Assembly: GCA_964371625.1 (NCBI GenBank)
Contig: CAYJMP010000002.1
Coordinates: forward strand, 1,133,332 to 1,197,331
Reading direction: 5' to 3'
Length of the DNA stretch: 64,000 bases
From: an uncultured Ignavibacteria bacterium
GTDB taxonomy: Bacteria > Zixibacteria > MSB-5A5 > WJJR01
Under the pieces are notes generated by a model. That model made no database searches. It saw only the letters and a list, made by a program, of their open reading frames with translations, and was not told the DNA's origin. Shown here in pieces: positions 57,306 to 64,000 of this stretch (position 1 is the first letter of the stretch; each line of letters starts with the position of its first letter). The position numbers were made by a program, and so were the translations under genes.

Positions 57306-57791
57306 ATGACGGAAGAAAACGCCAAAGACCTATCATCGCTGAAGCCGCCGGCCGGGGCGACCAAGAACCGCAAACGCATCGGACGCGGGATCGGTTCGGG
57401 TCACGGAAAGACCTCGACCCGCGGGCACAAGGGCTACTTCGCGCGTTCCGGCGCCACACGCCGGCCCGGCAAAGAAGGCGGCCAGATGCCTCTCATCCGC
57501 CGGTTGCCGAAGGTCGGGTTCTGGAATCCGTTTCGCGTTGAGTACCAAGTGCTGAACCTCTCCGACTTGGAAAAGGCCAGCGGCGCGACGTTTGATTTGG
57601 TCACGTTAAAGCGTCTCGGCCTGGTTCGTCACGCCGGCCGCCCGGTCAAGGTACTCGGTAATGGCGCCATTTCACGCGCGGTGACAGTTCATGCCAACGC
57701 CTTCTCGGAGAGCGCCAAGGAAAAGATCGGCGCCGCGGGCGGACGATGCGAAATCGTGCCTTTGAAATCCCAACCGGCCAAACAGGCCTAA
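57306..57791 (+). CDS. rplO: 50S ribosomal protein L15
   Basis: RIGRGIGSGHGKTSTRGHKG...EGGQMPLIRRLPK. Confidence 0.95.
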   Translation: MTEENAKDLSSLKPPAGATKNRKRIGRGIGSGHGKTSTRGHKGYFARSGATRRPGKEGGQMPLIRRLPKVGFWNPFRVEYQVLNLSDLEKASGATFDLVTLKRLGLVRHAGRPVKVLGNGAISRAVTVHANAFSESAKEKIGAAGGRCEIVPLKSQPAKQA

Positions 57792-57815
57792 GCGGGAGAA
57801 GCAAACGAGCGCAAT

Positions 57816-59129
57816 GTGCTAAACGCCTTTCAAAACATCTTCAAGATCGAGGAGCTCCGGCGGCGGGTTCTGTTCACGCTGGGGCTTTTGGTCGTTTATA
57901 GAGTTGGCGGTCACATCCCGACACCCGGGATCGACACCCAAGCCTTGGGCGCGTTTTTTGCCGGTGCGGGCAATACGCTGTTCGGTCTTTACGACATGTT
58001 CGTAGGCGGAGCGTTCTACAAAGCGACCATCTTCGCTTTGGGAATCATGCCCTACATCTCCGCATCGATCATCATCCAATTGTTGGGCACCGTCATTCCG
58101 TTCTTCCAACGCCTGCAAAAAGAGGGCGAAGAGGGACGCCGGAAGATCACCCAGTACACCCGTTATGGAACCGTGGTCCTTGCGGCTCTGCAGGCGCTCG
58201 GCACGGCAGTCTTTCTGGAATCGATCAGCTCGGGTGGTGGGGCGGCGGTTGTGCCCAATCCTGGTTGGGGATTCAAGTTTCTGACGATGGTGACCTTCAC
58301 GTCGGGCACAATCTTCATTATGTGGCTCGGTGAGCAGATCACAGAACGCGGCATCGGCAATGGTATCTCGCTCATCATCTTTGCCGGTATCATCGCGACT
58401 TTCCCGCAGGCCATCTTCGATGAAGTCCGTGAGCTCATGGCCGGACGGCGCGGCATATTCACCGAGCTCTTCTTGGTGGCGCTCATGGTTGGCGTGGTTG
58501 CTGCAGTCGTGGTGGTGACGCGCGGTCAGCGTCGGATCCCGGTTCAGTATCCCAAACGCGTTGTTGGCCGCAAGGTCTACGGCGGGCAGACGACACACAT
58601 TCCGCTTTCGGTGAACACGGCGGGCGTGATTCCGATCATCTTTGCTCAATCGATTATGTTCGCGCCGCAGACTTTGATCTCCTTTTTCCCGAATGTGCAG
58701 TGGTTGCAGGACATGGGCACCTATCTCAACCCCGGCGCCCCCGTGTATTCGATCGTGTATGCGATCATTATCATCTTCTTCGCCTTCTTCTATACGGCGA
58801 TTGTGTTTAACCCGATCGACCTGGCTGACAACATGAAGAAGTATGGTGGCTATATCCCGGGGATTCGTCCAGGCAAGCGCACGTCTGACTACATCGACAA
58901 AGTGCTGACCCGGATCACGCTCCCGGGCGCCATCTTCTTTGCCGCGGTGGCCATCCTGCCGTACATCATGATTCGGGAGTTTAATGTTCAGCACTACTTC
59001 GGCGGCACGGGACTCTTGATTGTGGTCGGTGTGGCCCTTGATACCTTGCAGCAGATCGAGTCGCATTTGATCATGCGGCACTATGAAGGATTTATGAAAC
59101 GCGGAAGGATTCGCGGCCGCTCGATGTAG
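57816..59129 (+). CDS. secY: Preprotein translocase subunit SecY (GTG start)
   Basis: Ten hydrophobic segments. LGIMPYISASIIIQLL, GEQITERGIGNGISLIIFAGI and GYIPGIRPG motifs. Confidence 0.97.
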   Translation: MLNAFQNIFKIEELRRRVLFTLGLLVVYRVGGHIPTPGIDTQALGAFFAGAGNTLFGLYDMFVGGAFYKATIFALGIMPYISASIIIQLLGTVIPFFQRLQKEGEEGRRKITQYTRYGTVVLAALQALGTAVFLESISSGGGAAVVPNPGWGFKFLTMVTFTSGTIFIMWLGEQITERGIGNGISLIIFAGIIATFPQAIFDEVRELMAGRRGIFTELFLVALMVGVVAAVVVVTRGQRRIPVQYPKRVVGRKVYGGQTTHIPLSVNTAGVIPIIFAQSIMFAPQTLISFFPNVQWLQDMGTYLNPGAPVYSIVYAIIIIFFAFFYTAIVFNPIDLADNMKKYGGYIPGIRPGKRTSDYIDKVLTRITLPGAIFFAAVAILPYIMIREFNVQHYFGGTGLLIVVGVALDTLQQIESHLIMRHYEGFMKRGRIRGRSM

Positions 59130-59159
59130 GCGGGATTTGTACGCGGATATCGAGCGACT

Positions 59160-59744
59160 ATGCGCTGGATACTTCTCGGACCTCCCGGCTCGGGCAAGGG
59201 AACACAGGCCAAGAAACTGGCCGAAGAGCATCACGCCGCGCACCTGTCGACCGGAGACATTCTACGGGCCGAGGTCAGTGGCGGCACCGAACTCGGACGC
59301 AAAGCCAAAGGGTACATGGATTCCGGGGACTTGGTTCCTGACCAGTTGATCCTCGACATGATTCGCCTCCGGCTGCAGGCGATGGGAGAGAAGGCGGAGT
59401 TCATTCTCGATGGATTCCCCCGCAACACGGCGCAAGCCGATGCCTTGGCGCGAATGCTCGATGACTTGGGATTGACACTCGACCGTGTGGTTCTGGTCGA
59501 GGTTTCAGATAGCGAGATCAAGAAGCGGTTGATCGGCCGGGCTCGTCTGGAGAATCGCTCCGACGACAGCGGGGACGTTATCACTCACCGCCTCGAGGTC
59601 TTTCGCAAGCAGACCGAGCCCTTGGTCGCCTATTACGCGGGACGAGGGTTGCTGGTCCGTTTGAATGGTGAACAGTCCATCGATCAGGTCTTCGTGGCGA
59701 TGGAGAAGTTGGCCGCCGAGAAGGTGGCTTCGGGGAACGGATGA
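59160..59744 (+). CDS. adk: Adenylate kinase (short-LID type, no Cys4 zinc lid)
   Basis: P-loop LLGPPGSGKGTQA, LSTGDILR, ILDGFPRN. The LID region is short and lacks cysteines. Confidence 0.95.
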   Translation: MRWILLGPPGSGKGTQAKKLAEEHHAAHLSTGDILRAEVSGGTELGRKAKGYMDSGDLVPDQLILDMIRLRLQAMGEKAEFILDGFPRNTAQADALARMLDDLGLTLDRVVLVEVSDSEIKKRLIGRARLENRSDDSGDVITHRLEVFRKQTEPLVAYYAGRGLLVRLNGEQSIDQVFVAMEKLAAEKVASGNG

Positions 59745-60499
59745 TCGTGGTCAAGACACGCGCGCAAATCGATAAGATGCGACAGGCGGGACATCTGGTT
59801 GGCCAGACTCTCGACCTCATGGCGCGTTTGGCCAAACCGGGCATCCGCACGATTGATCTCGATGCCGCCGCCGAGGAGTTCATCCTGTCCCAAGGGGCGG
59901 TTCCGGCGTTCAAAGGCTATATGGGCTATCCGGCCACGCTCTGCGTTTCGATTAATGACGAGGTTGTGCACGGCATCCCCGGCGACCGCCGCCTCGAAGA
60001 GGGCCAGATTGTCTCGGTCGATGTCGGGGTCAATTACGAAGGCTGGTATGGCGATGCTGCCCGGACCCTATGCATCGGCGACGTAACCGATGAAGCGAAG
60101 CGCCTTTTGGCTGTGACGCGGGAAGCTCTTAGCCGGGGAATCGCACAGGCCCGTTCGGGGAACCGCCTGGGAGATATTTCTGCCGCGGTGCAAACATACG
60201 CTGAGGAACACGGGTATTCAGTTGTGCGGGAACTGGTGGGGCACGGAATTGGCCAGCGGATGCATGAAGAACCGCAGGTCCCGAATTTCGGACGCCCACA
60301 TACCGGTCCCGAACTCAAGGCCGGGATGGTACTGGCGATTGAGCCCATGTTGAATGTTGGCGGATGCGAAGTGAATTTCGATGCGGATAAATGGACAGTT
60401 CGGACCGCCGACGGTTCGCTCTCGGCGCATTTCGAACACACGGTGGCAATCACCGAAGCGGGGCCGGAAATCCTGACCACCGCCAAGGGAGCAAACTGA
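59741..60499 (+). CDS. map: Type I methionine aminopeptidase
   Basis: Metal ligands in context (VSVDVGV, YGDAART, VGHGIG, LAIEPM, HFEHTV). ATGA overlap with adk. Confidence 0.96.
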   Translation: MIVVKTRAQIDKMRQAGHLVGQTLDLMARLAKPGIRTIDLDAAAEEFILSQGAVPAFKGYMGYPATLCVSINDEVVHGIPGDRRLEEGQIVSVDVGVNYEGWYGDAARTLCIGDVTDEAKRLLAVTREALSRGIAQARSGNRLGDISAAVQTYAEEHGYSVVRELVGHGIGQRMHEEPQVPNFGRPHTGPELKAGMVLAIEPMLNVGGCEVNFDADKWTVRTADGSLSAHFEHTVAITEAGPEILTTAKGAN

Positions 60500-60718
60500 A
60501 TGGCCAAAGAGCAGGCGATCACCGTCGAAGGAAAGGTGATTGAACCGCTGCCGAATGCCATGTTCGAAGTTGAACTGGAGAACGGTCACCGGGTGCTGGC
60601 TCACGTATCAGGAAAGATGAGGATGCATTTTATCAAGATTCTCCCCGGCGACCGCGTCACTCTGGAATTGTCGCCTTATGATCTGTCGCGGGGACGAATC
60701 GTGTACCGGTATAAATAG
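60500..60718 (+). CDS. infA: Translation initiation factor IF-1
   Basis: [30 protein letters not shown]...[16 protein letters not shown]...[13 protein letters not shown]. Confidence 0.97.
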   Translation: MAKEQAITVEGKVIEPLPNAMFEVELENGHRVLAHVSGKMRMHFIKILPGDRVTLELSPYDLSRGRIVYRYK

Positions 60719-60750
60719 TCACGCAGTACATCGAAAGTTGGGAATACCAT

Positions 60751-60864
60751 ATGAAGGTCCGTTCATCGATCAAGCCGCGTTGCGAAAAGTGCAAGATCAT
60801 CCGCCGGAAAGGCGTGATGCGCATCATTTGCACCAATCCGCGACACAAACAACGCCAGGGGTAG
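60751..60864 (+). CDS. rpmJ: 50S ribosomal protein L36 (37 aa; below the ORF-track size cutoff)
   Basis: Hand translation gives [37 protein letters not shown] then stop. CxxC...CxxxH zinc ribbon, conserved infA-rpmJ-rpsM position. Confidence 0.95.
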   Translation: MKVRSSIKPRCEKCKIIRRKGVMRIICTNPRHKQRQG

Positions 60865-60910
60865 GATCACAAACGCGGTCGTCAACCGGCGACGCGTACG
60901 GAGATAGAGC

Positions 60911-61273
60911 ATGGCTCGTATTGCAGGAATCGATTTGCCGAAGGATAAACGGGTTGTCATCGCGTTGACCTATATCTACGGCATTGGCACCACGGCGGCG
61001 GACAAGATCATTGCTAGCACGCGTGTCAGTCCCGACACGCGTGTTAACGCGCTCACCGACGATGAAGTCGCGCGTCTGCGTGAGGAGATCGAATCGAACT
61101 ACCGCGTGGAGGGTGCGCTGCGCAGCGAAGTGCAGATGAACATCAAACGCCTGATCGACATTGGATCGTACCGCGGCCTGCGCCACCGGCGTAATCTGCC
61201 GTCGCGCGGTCAACGCACGCGGACCAACGCGCGCACGCGCAAGGGCCCGCGCAAGGGGATCGGTCGCAAGTAA
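60911..61273 (+). CDS. rpsM: 30S ribosomal protein S13
   Basis: [15 protein letters not shown]...YIYGIG...[27 protein letters not shown]. Confidence 0.97.
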   Translation: MARIAGIDLPKDKRVVIALTYIYGIGTTAADKIIASTRVSPDTRVNALTDDEVARLREEIESNYRVEGALRSEVQMNIKRLIDIGSYRGLRHRRNLPSRGQRTRTNARTRKGPRKGIGRK

Positions 61274-61321
61274 GAGCGACCGCTGTCTACTGCTACTGAT
61301 GAATGCGAATAGGGGTTAAAC

Positions 61322-61720
61322 GTGGCTGAAGCAACACCAAAAAAGAAGAAGGGCCGTCGCAAACGCGGCCGTGTTGAACCGATGGGCAAGGCCTTCATTC
61401 AGGCCACCTTCAACAACACGATCGTCACACTCACCGATATCAACGGTGAAGTGTTGTCGTGGTCGTCGGCCGGACGGCAGGGGTTCAAGGGCTCGAAAAA
61501 GAGCACGCCCTTCGCCGCCCAGCAGGCTGCGGCCACCGCGGCGCGCGAAGCCATGGAGTTGGGTCTGCGCAAAGTCGAGATCAGCGTGAAGGGACCCGGA
61601 TCGGGACGTGAGGCGGCCATACGGTCGCTGTCCGCCGCCGGACTGGAAGTCGTCGCAATCAAAGACGTGACTCCAATTCCGCACAACGGGTGCCGGCCAC
61701 CCAAGCGCCGCAGAGTTTGA
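61322..61720 (+). CDS. rpsK: 30S ribosomal protein S11 (GTG start)
   Basis: [44 protein letters not shown]...[15 protein letters not shown]. Confidence 0.97.
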   Translation: MAEATPKKKKGRRKRGRVEPMGKAFIQATFNNTIVTLTDINGEVLSWSSAGRQGFKGSKKSTPFAAQQAAATAAREAMELGLRKVEISVKGPGSGREAAIRSLSAAGLEVVAIKDVTPIPHNGCRPPKRRRV

Positions 61721-61793
61721 TGAGCAATTTCTGGTTCTGAACTGGCCCGCGATGGTCGTGGGCTCTTAAGAAAGAGTGGAGTAGAAAAATCGC

Positions 61794-62423
61794 ATGGCGC
61801 GTTATCGAGATCCCAATTGCCGACTGTGTCGCCGCGAGGGCGAAAAGCTGTTTCTCAAAGGCTCTCGGTGCTTTTCCGAGAAATGCCCGATCGAAAAGGG
61901 CGCCGCGGCGCCCGGCCAGCACGGTGCGAACACACGGCGCAAAGTGTCCGAGTATGGCGTTCAGCTTCGCGAGAAGCAGAAGGTCCGCCGCCTCTATGGC
62001 GTGCTGGAAAAGCAGTTCCGCCACTATTACCACACGGCTGTGCAAACGCGCGGCGTGACGGGCGAGAACTTGCTCATCCTCCTGGAGCGCCGTCTGGACA
62101 ACGTCGTGTACCGTTTGGGTTTTGCCCCGTCCCGGAAGGCCGCGCGCCAGTTGGTGCGCCATCGGCATTTCACGGTCAATGAACGGGTGGTTGATATTCC
62201 TTCGTTCCTTGTCGGTCCCGGCGATGTGATCAAAGTCCGCGACAAATCGAAACGGCTTGAAATCATCCACATGGCGCTGCGCGACTCGGGGCGCTCGGCT
62301 GATTTGCCGTGGTTCCGTCTCGACAAGGCGCATTTGGAAGGTGAAATGCTGGCCTTGCCGCAGCGCGCCGAGATCCCGACACCGGCCCAGGAACAGTTGA
62401 TCGTCGAGTTGTATTCACGTTAA
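61794..62423 (+). CDS. rpsD: 30S ribosomal protein S4
   Basis: [26 protein letters not shown]...[15 protein letters not shown]...S4 domain. Confidence 0.97.
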   Translation: MARYRDPNCRLCRREGEKLFLKGSRCFSEKCPIEKGAAAPGQHGANTRRKVSEYGVQLREKQKVRRLYGVLEKQFRHYYHTAVQTRGVTGENLLILLERRLDNVVYRLGFAPSRKAARQLVRHRHFTVNERVVDIPSFLVGPGDVIKVRDKSKRLEIIHMALRDSGRSADLPWFRLDKAHLEGEMLALPQRAEIPTPAQEQLIVELYSR

Positions 62424-62445
62424 TCGTGGCGGAGGCTTATACCAT

Positions 62446-63450
62446 ATGAAGTGGCGCGCACTCACAATGCCGAAGGAAATCGTCATCGACGAGCAGTCGA
62501 AGACTCCGACCTATGCGCGGTTCTACATTGAACCCTTGGAACGCGGTTTCGGCAGCACCATCGGCAACGCATTGCGGCGCACGCTGATTTCATCGATCCA
62601 GGGCGCGGCTGTCGTCGGTGTGCGGATCGAAGGAGTCGTGCATGAGTTTTCGACGATTCCCGGCGTCTTCGAGGATGTCACCGACATCATTCTGAACATC
62701 AAGCAGCTTCGCCCACAGCTCTTCTCCGACGGCCCCGAGATGATCGTTCTCGATGTGGATCAGGTCGGGCGTTATTCCGCCGCGAAGATTGAAGAACACG
62801 CGAATGTCCGTATCCAAAACCCCGACATGCACATGCTTGAGCTGACGAAGGATGCGCGTGTCCGCATCGAATTGGATGTGGCCGCCGGTCGTGGGTACGT
62901 GATCGCCGAGCAGAACAAGCGTCCGGATCAGCCGGTTGGCACCATCCCCGTCGATGCGCTTTTCTCTCCGGTCACCAAAGTCAACTACTCGGTCGAGAAC
63001 ACCAGAGTCGGCCAGCGCACCGACTACGACCGCCTGATCGTCGATGTCTGGACCGACGGCACGCTCGTACCGATCGATGCGATGTCGTATGCGGCGAAAA
63101 TTCTTCGCGATCACTTCCAGTTGTTCGTCACGGTCGACGAGGAGTTTGTCGAAGAGTCGCATTCCGAGATCGACGAAGAGACCATGCGCATCCGCCAATT
63201 GCTGCAGATGCGTGTCGATGAGCTGGAGCTTTCCGTCCGCTCGTCGAATTGCCTCCGGGCGGCCAACATCGTCAGCCTCGAGGATCTGGTCAAACGCACG
63301 GAGTCGGAAATGCTCAAATATCGAAATTTCGGCCGAAAGTCGTTAACCGAGCTCAATGGTATCCTCTCGGAGCTTGGATTGCACTTTGGTATGGATGTCG
63401 AGAAGTATAAGGAACCGGCGCGTGAGTCGTCGGTCGAATCGCTCGGCTAA
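62446..63450 (+). CDS. rpoA: DNA-directed RNA polymerase subunit alpha
   Basis: N-terminal domain (FYIEPLERGFGSTIGNALRR...) and C-terminal domain (ELELSVRSSNCLRAANI..LEDLV...NFGRKSLTEL). Confidence 0.97.
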   Translation: MKWRALTMPKEIVIDEQSKTPTYARFYIEPLERGFGSTIGNALRRTLISSIQGAAVVGVRIEGVVHEFSTIPGVFEDVTDIILNIKQLRPQLFSDGPEMIVLDVDQVGRYSAAKIEEHANVRIQNPDMHMLELTKDARVRIELDVAAGRGYVIAEQNKRPDQPVGTIPVDALFSPVTKVNYSVENTRVGQRTDYDRLIVDVWTDGTLVPIDAMSYAAKILRDHFQLFVTVDEEFVEESHSEIDEETMRIRQLLQMRVDELELSVRSSNCLRAANIVSLEDLVKRTESEMLKYRNFGRKSLTELNGILSELGLHFGMDVEKYKEPARESSVESLG

Positions 63451-63477
63451 GTCCTCTTGCGAGAATAGGGTTCTCAT

Positions 63478-63951
63478 ATGCGACACCAACGTACAGTCAA
63501 AAAGCTCGGACGCACCGCGTCACATCGGACCGCGATGCTGGCCAACATGGCCACGTCATTGTTCCGGTCGCACGCGATCACCACGACCCGCGCTCGCGCC
63601 CGCGTCCTTCGTTCTGTGGCCGAAAAGCTGATCACACTCGGGAAACGCGGTGACCTGCATGCCCGCCGTATGGCCTCGCGACGGATCCGCGACCGTGTCA
63701 TCTTGAAAAAGCTCTTTGATGAGATCGCGCCGCAGTTCTCGACTCGCAACGGCGGATACACCCGTATCATCAAGATCGGCCAACGGCAGGGCGACGGCGC
63801 TGAAACCGCACGCGTGGAACTCTTGATTCCGAAGGCCGTGGTCCAGGCCGAAACGGGAACGAAGAAGGCCGCCAAGGGCAAACCCAAAGGCGCTGCCGCT
63901 GCTACGGAGGAGAAAGCAAAGAAGTCCAAGAAGGCCGCCGCGGCCGAGTAG
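63478..63951 (+). CDS. rplQ: 50S ribosomal protein L17 with K/A-rich C-terminal extension
   Basis: MRHQRTVKKLGRTASHRTAMLANMATSL...GGYTRIIK. Tail KKAAKGKPKGAAAATEEKAKKSKKAAAAE. Confidence 0.96.
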   Translation: MRHQRTVKKLGRTASHRTAMLANMATSLFRSHAITTTRARARVLRSVAEKLITLGKRGDLHARRMASRRIRDRVILKKLFDEIAPQFSTRNGGYTRIIKIGQRQGDGAETARVELLIPKAVVQAETGTKKAAKGKPKGAAAATEEKAKKSKKAAAAE

Positions 63952-63971
63952 GGAAATCCAAAGATTCCTAT

Positions 63972-64000
63972 GGGCAATCCCGCAAGGATTGCCCTTTTTT
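63972..64000 (+). terminator. Rho-independent terminator of the alpha operon
   Basis: GGGCAATCC-CGCAA-GGATTGCCC 9-bp stem followed by TTTTTT, running to the window edge. Confidence 0.85.

Noticed and set aside
57819-59243. 474-aa ORF antisense to the whole of secY. Similar long antisense ORFs lie at 38014-39120 (inside rpoB), 44842-45699 (opposite rpsL-rpsG), 26393-27187 (opposite tolQ), 50968-51684, 36607-37353 and 34893-35612.
   Set aside because: Each lies fully opposite a gene with unmistakable conserved protein motifs. In GC-rich DNA, stop codons are depleted on the antisense strand of real genes. The translations are Arg/His/Asp-rich low-information sequences with no motifs or SD-linked starts.

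Overview
GC-rich, densely coding bacterial chromosome segment, almost entirely core housekeeping genes. No transposase, integrase, CRISPR array, rRNA or recognisable defence gene was seen.

Gene order, left to right:
- 5'-truncated rhomboid protease, DsbD, PolA, an orphan secreted protein, CoaE, a split transketolase and a class-I aminotransferase.
- An accessory-looking outer-membrane operon at about 11.6-18.8 kb: a CarboxypepD_reg/SusC-like TonB-dependent receptor, a 1005-aa protein with a T9SS-type C-terminal sorting domain, and a PorV/PorQ-like barrel.
- A cell-wall amidase, then a minus-strand CUT1-type sugar ABC importer (binding protein plus two permeases, no ATPase).
- rpmB, ligA (minus strand), and a complete tolQ-tolR-tolA-like-tolB-pal-ybgF cluster with a coupled unknown ORF.
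- The translation/transcription supercluster: tRNA-Thr, tuf, tRNA-Trp, secE, nusG, rplKAJL, rpoBC, rpsLG, fusA, the S10, spc and alpha operons (including secY, adk, map, infA and an rpmJ missing from the ORF track), ending at rplQ and a terminator at the window edge.

The T9SS-type tail, the PorV-like gene and the tuf-tRNA-Trp-secE-nusG arrangement suggest an FCB-superphylum-like lineage. This is inference only.

I did not find a convincing novel multi-gene system such as a defence island. The items most worth a second look:
- the receptor/T9SS-cargo/PorV-like operon and its roughly 585-nt structured leader;
- a perfect 20-bp inverted repeat at the 5' end of the amidase gene;
- an intrinsic terminator plus a hairpin overlapping the fusA Shine-Dalgarno (SD) sequence between rpsG and fusA;
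- two orphan ORFs;
- K/A-rich extensions on several ribosomal proteins.

Several ORF-track starts were moved to internal starts supported by SD sequences, signal peptides or stop/start overlaps.
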